Made by a program: the position numbers and the translations under genes. DNA of 64,000 nt from sequence record OQ885479. One strand, given 5' to 3'. Below the pieces are notes generated by a model. That model searched no databases. It was not told where the DNA came from and was given only the letters and a program-made list of their open reading frames with translations. This DNA comes from Escherichia phage SUT_E1520. Within the stretch, counting starts at the first letter, position 1; each line of letters starts with the position of its first letter. This document shows, in pieces, positions 43,312 through 52,555 of the stretch.

Positions 43312-43749
43312 ATGGCAAGCAATATAAAATATAAACGCGATGCTATATCCCTTATGAGAGACGGAATAAAAAGTCAATATAAAAAAGACTCTCAATGTGC
43401 TATCTGCGGTTGTGCTGAAGAATTAGAGCTTCATCATTACCATACGGTGTCTCTACTAGTTAAAAAATTTGCTAAAGAACTCCAATTGGATTTCACTGAC
43501 GAAGAAATAGTCCTTTCAAATAGGACGGCATTCTATGATCGATATAGGCATGAGCTAGTAGAAGACACTGTTACCCTTTGTGTACACCATCACCAATTAT
43601 TACATAAGGTTTACACAAAAGAACCTCCTTTATTTTCTGCTAATAAGCAAAAAGTGTGGGTTCAAAAGCAGAAAGACAAATTACAGAATCCTCAAGAAAA
43701 GACACAAGTCAAGACTGAAACAAAATCAGGATTCGCAAGGTTCTTATAA
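43312..43749 (+). CDS. putative HNH endonuclease
   Basis: Track ORF 43225..43749, start moved to the ATG after SD GAGGAGA; CAICGC...HHYH...CVHHHQLLH motif. Confidence 0.5.
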   Translation: MASNIKYKRDAISLMRDGIKSQYKKDSQCAICGCAEELELHHYHTVSLLVKKFAKELQLDFTDEEIVLSNRTAFYDRYRHELVEDTVTLCVHHHQLLHKVYTKEPPLFSANKQKVWVQKQKDKLQNPQEKTQVKTETKSGFARFL

Positions 43750-44966
43750 TGGGTTTTAAAAGCTGGATTACTGAAAAGCTAAATCCGGGTCAACGTATTA
43801 TAAGAGACATGGAACCAGTTAGTCATCGCACTAACCGTAAGCCTTTTACCACTGGACAAGCCTACAGTAAAATTGAGATTCTCAATAGAACTGCTAATAT
43901 GGTTATAGATAGTGCGGCGGAGTGTTCTTATACTGTCGGAGATAAATATAATATTGTCACGTATGCCAATGGCATCAAGGCAAAGACTCTAGACACTCTC
44001 TTAAATGTACGACCTAATCCATTCATGGATATAAGCACATTCCGTAGACTTGTAGTCACTGACCTACTTTTTGAAGGTTGTGCATACATCTATTGGGATG
44101 GCACAGCACTTTACCATGTCCCTGCTGCATTAATGCAAGTAGAGGCAGATGCCAATAAGTTTATCAAAAAATTTATATTTAATAACCAGATAGACTATCG
44201 CGTAGATGAGATTATCTTTATAAAGGATAACAGTTACGTGTGTGGCACAAATTCTCAAATTTCTGGACAATCTCGTGTTGCTACTGTTATTGACTCTCTT
44301 GAGAAGCGTTCTAAGATGCTTAACTTTAAAGAGAAATTCCTCGATAATGGAACTGTGATTGGTCTTATTCTTGAGACGGATGAAATCCTGAACAAGAAAT
44401 TGCGTGAGCGTAAACAAGAAGAATTACAACTAGATTATAATCCTAGTACTGGTCAGTCCTCTGTCCTGATTCTAGATGGTGGTATGAAAGCTAAACCGTA
44501 CTCCCAAATATCCTCTTTTAAAGACCTAGACTTCAAGGAAGACATTGAAGGATTTAATAAATCTATCTGTCTAGCCTTTGGTGTTCCGCAAGTACTGCTT
44601 GATGGTGGTAATAATGCGAACATTCGACCAAATATCGAACTGTTCTATTATATGACTATCATTCCTATGCTGAACAAACTGACTAGTTCTCTTACTTTCT
44701 TTTTTGGTTATAAGATTACTCCTAATACTAAGGAAGTAGCTGCATTAACACCAGATAAAGAAGCTGAGGCTAAACATTTAACCTCATTGGTTAATAATGG
44801 TATTATGACTGGTAACGAAGCTCGTTTAGAGCTGAACCTTGAACCTTTAGATGATGAGCAGATGGATAAGATTCGTATTCCTGCTAACGTTGCTGGTTCT
44901 GTAACAGGTGTATCTGGTCAAGAAGGTGGCAGACCTCAAGGTTCCACCGAGGGAGATAAAGAATGA
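43749..44966 (+). CDS. portal protein
   Basis: 405 aa between terminase and protease; typical position and size. Confidence 0.75.
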   Translation: MGFKSWITEKLNPGQRIIRDMEPVSHRTNRKPFTTGQAYSKIEILNRTANMVIDSAAECSYTVGDKYNIVTYANGIKAKTLDTLLNVRPNPFMDISTFRRLVVTDLLFEGCAYIYWDGTALYHVPAALMQVEADANKFIKKFIFNNQIDYRVDEIIFIKDNSYVCGTNSQISGQSRVATVIDSLEKRSKMLNFKEKFLDNGTVIGLILETDEILNKKLRERKQEELQLDYNPSTGQSSVLILDGGMKAKPYSQISSFKDLDFKEDIEGFNKSICLAFGVPQVLLDGGNNANIRPNIELFYYMTIIPMLNKLTSSLTFFFGYKITPNTKEVAALTPDKEAEAKHLTSLVNNGIMTGNEARLELNLEPLDDEQMDKIRIPANVAGSVTGVSGQEGGRPQGSTEGDKE

Positions 44967-45445
44967 TTGATTATAATGGTCTAAAGACCATTTTTGGTGA
45001 AAAACTACCAGAATCTCATATCTTCTTTGCTACGGTTGCTGCGCATAAATATGTTCCTAGCTATGCTTTTCTGCGTAGAGAACTAGGACTTTCATCTGCG
45101 CATACTAACCGTAAAGTATGGAAGAAATTTGTAGAGGCTTATGGTAAAGCAGTTCCTCCTGCTCCACCATTAACTCTTTCTAAAGATTTAACTGCTAGTA
45201 TGTCTATTACAGAAGGTACAGCATTAACACTTTCTGTTACTGCAACCGGCGGAACTGGTCCTTATACTTATGCATGGACTAAAGATGGTTCTCCTATTCC
45301 AGATGCTTCAGGAGCTACCTATACTAAGCCTGCAGCAGCTACTGATGATTCGGGAGTCTATAAAGTAACGGTTACAGATAGCAAGAAAGTTAGTAAACCT
45401 TCTACTGCATGCACAGTAACGGTTAATCCCGGTGTTGGAGGCTAA
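44963..45445 (+). CDS. capsid decoration protein (pb10-like) with Ig-like domain
   Basis: 160 aa; Ig-like segment TGGTGPYTYAWTKDGSPIPDASGATYTKP...GVYKVTVTD. Confidence 0.6.
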   Translation: MIDYNGLKTIFGEKLPESHIFFATVAAHKYVPSYAFLRRELGLSSAHTNRKVWKKFVEAYGKAVPPAPPLTLSKDLTASMSITEGTALTLSVTATGGTGPYTYAWTKDGSPIPDASGATYTKPAAATDDSGVYKVTVTDSKKVSKPSTACTVTVNPGVGG

Positions 45446-45448
45446 TAA

Positions 45449-46081
45449 ATGACACAAGCTGCTATTGACTATAACAAGTTAAAATCAGCACCGGTTCATT
45501 TAGATGCTTATATTAAATCTATTGATAGCGAATCCAAAGAGGGTGTTGTAAAAATCCGTGGATTCGCTAATACAATTAGTAAAGATCGCGCTGGTGATGT
45601 AATTCCTGCCTCTGCATGGAAAACATCTAATGCACTTGCTAACTACATGAAAAACCCGATTATTCTTTTCGGACACGACCATCGTCGTCCAATCGGCAAG
45701 TGTATTGATCTTAATCCTACTGAAATGGGTCTCGAAATCGAATGTGAGATCTATGAAAGTTCTGACCCGGCTATCTTTTCGCTAATTAAAAACGGTGTAC
45801 TGAAAACTTTTAGTATCGGATTCCGCTGCCTAGATGCAGAGTGGGATGAAGCTACTGATATATTTATTATTAAAGATTTAGAACTATACGAAGTTTCGGT
45901 AGTTTCTGTACCTTGTAATCAGGACTCAACATTCAATCTCGCTAAGAGTATGAATGGTCATGATTATACTGAATGGCGTAAATCTTTTACTGCAATAAGT
46001 TCTAAAGCTGTCCCAGCTCAAGAACGTAATCTTTCTGAACTAGAAAAACTTGCGATAGCTTTAGGCTACGTTAAAGAATAA
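45449..46081 (+). CDS. prohead protease
   Basis: 210 aa immediately upstream of the major capsid protein gene. Confidence 0.65.
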   Translation: MTQAAIDYNKLKSAPVHLDAYIKSIDSESKEGVVKIRGFANTISKDRAGDVIPASAWKTSNALANYMKNPIILFGHDHRRPIGKCIDLNPTEMGLEIECEIYESSDPAIFSLIKNGVLKTFSIGFRCLDAEWDEATDIFIIKDLELYEVSVVSVPCNQDSTFNLAKSMNGHDYTEWRKSFTAISSKAVPAQERNLSELEKLAIALGYVKE

Positions 46082-46098
46082 CGGAGAATTATTTAAAA

Positions 46099-47475
46099 AT
46101 GACTATTGATATTAATAAGCTGAAAGAAGAACTTGGTCTGGGTGATCTGGCTAAATCTCTGGAAGGTCTGACCGCTGCTCAGAAAGCTGCTGAAGCTGAA
46201 CGTATGCGTAAAGAGCAGGAAGAAAAAGAACTGGCTCGTATGAATGACCTGGTTTCTAAAGCAGTTGGCGAAGATCGTCAGAAGCTAGAAGAAGCTCTGG
46301 AACTGGTTAAATCCCTGGATGAGAAATCTAAGAAGAGCGCAGAACTGTTTGCACAGACTGTAGAAAAACAGCAGGAAACTATTGTTGGTCTTCAGGACGA
46401 AATCAAATCTCTGCTAGCAGCTCGTGAAGGTCGTTCCTTCGTTGGTGATAGCGTAGCTAAAGCACTGTACGGTACTCAGGAAAACTTTGAAGATGAAGTT
46501 GAAAAACTGGTTCTTCTGTCTTACGTGATGGAAAAAGGTGTATTTGATACCGAACATGGCCAGAGACACCTGAAAACTGTAAACCAGTCCTCTTCAGTAG
46601 AAGTTTCTAGTGAAAGCTACGAAACTATTTTCTCCCAGCGTATTATTCGTGACCTGCAGAAAGAACTAGTAGTTGGTGCTCTGTTTGAAGAACTGCCAAT
46701 GTCCAGCAAAATTCTTACTATGCTGGTTGAACCAGATGCTGGTAAAGCTACTTGGGTAGATGCTAGCGCATATGGTACTGATGCTACTACTGGTGACGAA
46801 GTTAAAGGTGCTCTGACTGAAATTCAGTTCAAAACCTATAAACTGGCTGCTAAGTCCTTCATTACTGATGAAACTGAAGAAGATGCAATCTTCTCCCTGC
46901 TACCGCTGCTGCGTAAGCGTCTGATTGAAGCACACGCTGTTTCTATCGAAGAAGCTTTCATGACTGGTGACGGTACTGGTAAGCCTAAGGGTCTGCTGAA
47001 ACTGGCTGAAGGCGATAGTGCTAAAGTTATTACTGAAGCTAAAGCTGATGGTTCTGTTCTGGTAACTGCTAAAACTATCTCTAAACTGCGCCGTAAACTG
47101 GGCCGTCATGGTCTGAAACTGAGCAAACTGGTACTGATTGTATCTATGGATGCTTATTACGATCTGCTGGAAGATGAAGAATGGCAGGATGTTGCCCAAG
47201 TTGGTAATGATGCTGTTAAACTGCAAGGTCAGGTTGGTCGTATTTACGGTCTGCCGGTTGTAGTTTCTGAGTTCTTCCCGGCTAAAGCTAACTCTGCAGA
47301 GTTCGCAGTTATTGTTTATAAAGATAACTTCGTAATGCCGCGTCAGCGTGCTGTTACTGTTGAACGTGAGCGCCAAGCTGGTAAACAGCGTGATGCGTAC
47401 TACGTTACTCAGCGTGTTAACCTGCAACGTTACTTTAATAACGGCGTTGTATCTGGTGCTTACGCTGCATCTTAA
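46099..47475 (+). CDS. major capsid protein precursor (coiled-coil N-terminal scaffold domain)
   Basis: 458 aa; N-terminal coiled-coil delta-like domain; position. Confidence 0.8.
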   Translation: MTIDINKLKEELGLGDLAKSLEGLTAAQKAAEAERMRKEQEEKELARMNDLVSKAVGEDRQKLEEALELVKSLDEKSKKSAELFAQTVEKQQETIVGLQDEIKSLLAAREGRSFVGDSVAKALYGTQENFEDEVEKLVLLSYVMEKGVFDTEHGQRHLKTVNQSSSVEVSSESYETIFSQRIIRDLQKELVVGALFEELPMSSKILTMLVEPDAGKATWVDASAYGTDATTGDEVKGALTEIQFKTYKLAAKSFITDETEEDAIFSLLPLLRKRLIEAHAVSIEEAFMTGDGTGKPKGLLKLAEGDSAKVITEAKADGSVLVTAKTISKLRRKLGRHGLKLSKLVLIVSMDAYYDLLEDEEWQDVAQVGNDAVKLQGQVGRIYGLPVVVSEFFPAKANSAEFAVIVYKDNFVMPRQRAVTVERERQAGKQRDAYYVTQRVNLQRYFNNGVVSGAYAAS

Positions 47476-47492
47476 TACAGGCTTTTCAGCCG

Positions 47493-47522
47493 ATAAGGAG
47501 AGCTTCGGCTCTCCTTTTTTAT
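47493..47522 (+). terminator. rho-independent terminator after the capsid gene
   Basis: AGGAGAGCTTCGGCTCTCCT hairpin followed by TTTTTT. Confidence 0.7.
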
Positions 47523-47535
47523 TGGGGAAAAATAA

Positions 47536-48048
47536 ATGCAAATCATTACAGCCGAAGATTATAGATTATATGGTAGCTTAAAGCGACCTGAACTAGAATC
47601 CGGTGTAGAAATGATGATTACTGCTGCCAATGCGCTGATTACGAGCCTTCTAGGCATGGATGATGCTGATGCGGTAGACCAGTTAATCAATACAAAACCT
47701 ACACGTAGGAAATATTTTCTGAGTTCACCATCTGCTACCTCCGTAACTAAAGTGACGATTAATGATAATGAGATTGACCCAGAGCAGTATAAACTATACT
47801 CTGACGGTATTATCCTTCTCAAATTTAATCCTCCAGAAGGTTATATGGACGTAGCGTATACACAAGGTGGATTTAACCCAGTGCCTGAAGATCTTAAGTT
47901 AGCAGCGTGTATGCTAGTAGATCATTGGCATAAACAAGATTATCGCCAAGCTAAAACAATTGGTGGTGAAACAGTAACCTTCAATAGCACTAAGTCTGGT
48001 ATTCCAGAGCATATTCGTACTATTATTGAAGTATACAGGAGAGTATAA
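47536..48048 (+). CDS. head-tail interface protein (putative, by position)
   Basis: ORF track; preceded by the TTTATTGGGGAAAAATAAA motif. Confidence 0.5.
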   Translation: MQIITAEDYRLYGSLKRPELESGVEMMITAANALITSLLGMDDADAVDQLINTKPTRRKYFLSSPSATSVTKVTINDNEIDPEQYKLYSDGIILLKFNPPEGYMDVAYTQGGFNPVPEDLKLAACMLVDHWHKQDYRQAKTIGGETVTFNSTKSGIPEHIRTIIEVYRRV

Positions 48049-48815
48049 TGTCTCTTTCCGATCTAGCTAAACAAATTATTAAAGAGCAGCTAGATACTGC
48101 AGGACGATCTGAAAATAATAAGAATACTGTTGTGTACTCTGTTGAGACAGGGTTAAAAGATCCTACCAGAGATGGTACTGTTGCTCAAGTATCTTTTAAG
48201 TTTTCAAAACCCGTATCACAAGATCTTCTTGATGTTAGAACAGCCTCTATACTAAAAGCGGTATCCTCTAGTTTAGATCTTTCGGGAGATTTAGGTGCTC
48301 TAGAGAACTTAATACAAGCAACCGCTGGTAAAAAATCTGCTGTAGGTAAAAAACGTTCTACAGGTAGAGTACAGGTAAACTTCGGTGATCCTAGAGATGT
48401 GGAAGATGGTTATTCTGGTGCAGTAACAGGTGCTTCCGGTCGTTTTGTATCAAATAGTAATATGCGTACTATTCTTGAAATAGTTGCTAAGGAATATTTG
48501 ATAAAAGATATGAAAAAGGCAGGAGCGCCATTAAAGTTTAGAACTGGTAGATTTGCAAATTCTCTAAAAATTAAAGATGTTATGCTTAGGGATGCAGAGA
48601 CTAGTAAAGGTGCCCCCGAACTAAACGTGACGTATAATTATATGGTACGTCCATATTCTGTATTTAATCCAGCAGTATCTACATATAGAAGATTATCTTT
48701 ACGACCCTACCCAGGTGCTAGAAACCCACAAAAACTTATTGGTGAGGCTATAGCAAAAGCTGCAAGAGACCTGATTCACTCTAGATATAAAATCAAGGTT
48801 AATCAAGGAACCTAA
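48048..48815 (+). CDS. structural / morphogenesis protein (putative)
   Basis: ORF track; translationally coupled. Confidence 0.5.
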   Translation: MSLSDLAKQIIKEQLDTAGRSENNKNTVVYSVETGLKDPTRDGTVAQVSFKFSKPVSQDLLDVRTASILKAVSSSLDLSGDLGALENLIQATAGKKSAVGKKRSTGRVQVNFGDPRDVEDGYSGAVTGASGRFVSNSNMRTILEIVAKEYLIKDMKKAGAPLKFRTGRFANSLKIKDVMLRDAETSKGAPELNVTYNYMVRPYSVFNPAVSTYRRLSLRPYPGARNPQKLIGEAIAKAARDLIHSRYKIKVNQGT

Positions 48816-48818
48816 TAA

Positions 48819-49304
48819 ATGGATCATAGAACAAGTATTGCACAAGCTCTGGTTGACCGTATATCTAAACAGTTGGACGGTTCTCAACCTGACGAATATT
48901 TTAATAACCTATATGGAAACGTTTCTCGTCAAACTTATAAATTTGAGGAAATACGAGAGTTTCCTTATGTGGCAGTTCATATCGGAACTGAAACTGGGCA
49001 GTATCTTCCTTCAGGCCAACAGTGGATGTTTTTAGAACTTCCAATCCTGGTGTACGATAAAGAGAAAACAGACATTCAAGAGCAACTTGAAAAACTCGTA
49101 GCGGATATAAAAACCGTTATTGACACAGGTGGAAATTTAGAATATACTGTTAGTAAACCTAATGGATCGACCTTCCCATGTGAGGCAACTGATATGATCA
49201 TTACATCAGTTAGTACAGATGAGGGTCTACTGGCCCCATATGGTTTAGCAGAAATAAATGTAACAGTGAGGTATCAGCCTCCACGTAGGTCACTTCGCAG
49301 ATAA
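48819..49304 (+). CDS. structural / morphogenesis protein (putative tail completion)
   Basis: ORF track. Confidence 0.5.
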   Translation: MDHRTSIAQALVDRISKQLDGSQPDEYFNNLYGNVSRQTYKFEEIREFPYVAVHIGTETGQYLPSGQQWMFLELPILVYDKEKTDIQEQLEKLVADIKTVIDTGGNLEYTVSKPNGSTFPCEATDMIITSVSTDEGLLAPYGLAEINVTVRYQPPRRSLRR

Positions 49305-49330
49305 GTTACAGATTAGGAGAAAATAATTAA

Positions 49331-50737
49331 ATGTCTTTACAACTATTACGTAATACTCGAATCTTCGTGTCTACGGTTAAGACTGGTCATAATAAGACCA
49401 ACACGCAAGAGATTCTAGTTCAGGATGATATTTCTTGGGGTCAGGACAGTAACTCAACAGATATTACTGTTAATGAAGCTGGTCCGCGTCCAACTCGTGG
49501 TTCTAAACGTTTTAATGACTCTTTAAACGCGGCTGAGTGGAGTTTCTCTACTTATATCCTTCCGTATAAAGATAAAACTACTAACAAACAGATTGTTCCT
49601 GACTATATGTTATGGCACGCTCTTTCTAGTGGTAAAGCTCTTAACCTAGAAGGTGACACAGGAGCACATAATAACGAAACCAATTTTATGGTTAACTTTA
49701 AAGATAACGCGTACCACGAACTGGCAATGCTGCATATCTACATCCTGACTGACAAAGCATGGAGTTACATCGACTCTTGCCAGATCAACCAGGCAGAAGT
49801 TAACGTTGATATTGAGGATATTGGTCGTGTAACTTGGTCAGGTAATGGTAACCAGCTTATTCCTTTGGATGAGCAACCATTTGATCCTGATACTGTAGGT
49901 ATTGATGATGAAACTTATATGACTATTCAGAGTTCTTATATTAAGAACAAACTGACTATCCTGAAAATTAAGGATATGGATTCTGATAAGGCATATGATA
50001 TCCCTATTACTGGTGGTACTTTCACCATTAATAACAACATCACGTACCTAACCCCGAATATTATGTCCCGTGTAAATATTCCGATCGGTTCATTTACTGG
50101 TGCATTTGAATTAACTGGTTCACTAACTGCCTATCTAAATGATAAATCTCTTGGTTCTATGGAACTGTACAAAGATCTTATCAAAACCTTGAAGGTAGTT
50201 AACAAGTTTGAAATCGCACTTATCCTTGGTGGTGAATACGATGATGAACGTCCGGCAGCTGTGCTGGTTGCTAAACAGGCTCACGTTAACATTCCTACTA
50301 TTGAGACTGATGATGTACTTGGTACTTCAGTAGAGTTTAAAGCTATCCCTACAGATTTGGATACTGGTGATGAAGGTTATCTTGGTTTCTCTAACAAGTA
50401 TACTAAAACCACTGTGGCTAATCTGATTGCTACAGGAGATGGAGCTAAAACTCCACCAAAACTAGTTGAATCAATCACAGTTAAATCTGTTGGTAATGCT
50501 ACTTCAGTACAGAACAGTAATACTCTACAGATGTCTGTTGAAGTAACTCCGCCAGATGCTACTAATAGTGCTGTAACTTGGTCTATTTCTAGTGGTGATG
50601 CAGCTACAATTGATCCAGAATCTGGTTTATTAACTGCGGACACTACTAAGACAGGTTCTGTTACTGTCAAAGCTGTAGCTAAAGACGGTTCTGGTGTAGA
50701 AGGTACTAAGAGCATTACAGTTACTGCTGGTGGCTAA
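49331..50737 (+). CDS. tail tube protein (pb6-like) with C-terminal Ig-like (Big_2) domain
   Basis: 468 aa; C-terminal segment ITVKSVGNATSV...TWSISSGDAATID...VTVKAVAKDGSG. Confidence 0.75.
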   Translation: MSLQLLRNTRIFVSTVKTGHNKTNTQEILVQDDISWGQDSNSTDITVNEAGPRPTRGSKRFNDSLNAAEWSFSTYILPYKDKTTNKQIVPDYMLWHALSSGKALNLEGDTGAHNNETNFMVNFKDNAYHELAMLHIYILTDKAWSYIDSCQINQAEVNVDIEDIGRVTWSGNGNQLIPLDEQPFDPDTVGIDDETYMTIQSSYIKNKLTILKIKDMDSDKAYDIPITGGTFTINNNITYLTPNIMSRVNIPIGSFTGAFELTGSLTAYLNDKSLGSMELYKDLIKTLKVVNKFEIALILGGEYDDERPAAVLVAKQAHVNIPTIETDDVLGTSVEFKAIPTDLDTGDEGYLGFSNKYTKTTVANLIATGDGAKTPPKLVESITVKSVGNATSVQNSNTLQMSVEVTPPDATNSAVTWSISSGDAATIDPESGLLTADTTKTGSVTVKAVAKDGSGVEGTKSITVTAGG

Positions 50738-50741
50738 TTAA

Positions 50742-51641
50742 ATGTACTACTCTCTAATGAGAGAGTCAAAAGTTATAGTTGAGTATGATGGTAGGGCATT
50801 TCATTTTGATGCCCTATCAAACTATGATATACAGACTTCCTACGAGGAATTCAAGACTCTTCGTAGGACTGTTCATCGTAGAACTAACTATGCAGACTCT
50901 ATTATAAATGCTCAAACCCCCTCTTCTATCTCTCTAGCAGTAAATTTCAGTAATACTCTTACTGAGGCTAACTTCTTTGAATGGTTAGGTTTTGATAGAA
51001 AAGGTAATACTTTCTTACTCCCACTATATAGTAATAATATTGAACCTATTATGTTCAATATCTATATAGTAAATAAAGATAATAACTGTGTATATTTTGA
51101 AAACTGTTATGTATCTACGGTAGATTTTTCTTTAGATAAGAACATACCAATTCTTAATGTTGGTATTGAATCGGGGAAATTTTCCGAAGTATCTACATAT
51201 AGAGAAGCAGGTTCTATTATACAGGGTGAAGTAATGTCTTATAGCCCAGTAATAGCTTCTACTAATGGTAGCGTCTTACCAGGTCTTATCTCTGCCTCTT
51301 TATCTTTCCAGCAGCAGTGCTCTTGGAGAGAAGATAAGAGTGTTTTTGATATAAATAAAATCTATAATAATAAAAGAGCTTATGTAAATGAAATGAATGC
51401 TTCGGCAACTATTTCTCTATATTACTTAAAACGTTTTGCAGGAGATATGGTTTACAATGTCGAACCAGAGGTAGATGTACCTTTAAATATAAGAAATAAT
51501 AATATTTCTATAGATTTTCCTTCAGCACGTATTACAAAACGCCTAGATTTCTCAGATGTGTATAGAGTTGAGTGGGATATTATACCTACTGCTTCTTCAG
51601 ACCCAGTGAGAATAGATTTCTTTGGAGAAATTAAAAAATGA
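50742..51641 (+). CDS. tail-associated protein (hypothetical)
   Basis: ORF track; position between tail tube and tape measure. Confidence 0.5.
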   Translation: MYYSLMRESKVIVEYDGRAFHFDALSNYDIQTSYEEFKTLRRTVHRRTNYADSIINAQTPSSISLAVNFSNTLTEANFFEWLGFDRKGNTFLLPLYSNNIEPIMFNIYIVNKDNNCVYFENCYVSTVDFSLDKNIPILNVGIESGKFSEVSTYREAGSIIQGEVMSYSPVIASTNGSVLPGLISASLSFQQQCSWREDKSVFDINKIYNNKRAYVNEMNASATISLYYLKRFAGDMVYNVEPEVDVPLNIRNNNISIDFPSARITKRLDFSDVYRVEWDIIPTASSDPVRIDFFGEIKK

Positions 51642-52042
51642 TTAATTTAAAAGATATTACTCTTGATACTCGTACTATTACTCTTTCCTACCCAGGTATG
51701 CCAAACTTTAAACTAGAACTTAACTATATGTCTCGCGCTACCTCTAAACGTGTTATTTCTTCTGCTAAACGTGACGAATGGGTTAATGGTACACTGATAC
51801 AAGTGCAGGATGATGATAAGTTCATTGAAGCATTTGTTGACGCAGCTATTAAAGGTTGGACTGGTTTGACTGTAGGTGACGTTGAAAAACTGATGCTGAT
51901 TGAAACAGATGCTGATCCCGCTACTGAAGTTCCTTTTAGCCGCGATAATGCTGTAATGCTTATGCAGAACTCTGCTGCGTTTGATTCTTGGATCAACCAA
52001 ACAGTGTTCCACTTAGACACTTTTCGTAGCCCAAAAGCGTAA
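51638..52042 (+). CDS. putative tail assembly chaperone
   Basis: Acidic small protein upstream of the tape measure gene; positional. Confidence 0.45.
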   Translation: MINLKDITLDTRTITLSYPGMPNFKLELNYMSRATSKRVISSAKRDEWVNGTLIQVQDDDKFIEAFVDAAIKGWTGLTVGDVEKLMLIETDADPATEVPFSRDNAVMLMQNSAAFDSWINQTVFHLDTFRSPKA

Positions 52043-52103
52043 AGAACTCCTAGATGCTGTTGCTGATTTTGCAGACAAATGTATTAAAAGCTCAGCATCT
52101 AAA

Positions 52104-52472
52104 ATGACTAAACAACAATATTTAATACTTTGCGAGTCAATGGGTATAGAGCCTGATCCTAAGGCTATGCCCGTTGAACTCGAAGATTTTCCACCTATTG
52201 TATCTATTAGTATGAATATTTATAACAGTCTAATTGACTGTTTCATACCGGGTGACTTCCCTATTTTTATAGGTAAGGATAAGGCTGCATTAGGTGTTTT
52301 ATTTGATATTTATGGGATTACTGATCCTATAGAAAAAGAATTCGTTCTACACATTATCAATATATTTGATGCTAAAGCTGTAGATGCTGCACGTAAGCGT
52401 GCTGAGCAGCATAAACCGCAAAACGGAAGGATTCCTAACGTTAAGCCACATGCTAGATCTCGTGCACGGTAA
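52104..52472 (+). CDS. putative tail assembly protein
   Basis: ORF track; positional. Confidence 0.45.
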   Translation: MTKQQYLILCESMGIEPDPKAMPVELEDFPPIVSISMNIYNSLIDCFIPGDFPIFIGKDKAALGVLFDIYGITDPIEKEFVLHIINIFDAKAVDAARKRAEQHKPQNGRIPNVKPHARSRAR

Positions 52473-52506
52473 AAGTTTCCTCCAATGGGCGTTCCACGAT
52501 GAGGCT

Positions 52507-52537
52507 TGGCTCTGGGTGATTTGCCCAGAGCCTTTTT
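52507..52537 (+). terminator. rho-independent terminator, followed by the TTTATTGGGAAAAATAAA motif
   Basis: GGCTCTGGGTGATTTGCCCAGAGCC hairpin followed by TTTTTT. Confidence 0.7.
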
Positions 52538-52555
52538 TATTGGGAAAAATAAAAC

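Noticed and set aside
46900-47541. Minus-strand ORF of 213 aa inside the major capsid gene
   Set aside because: Antisense to a high-confidence structural gene; typical spurious open frame.
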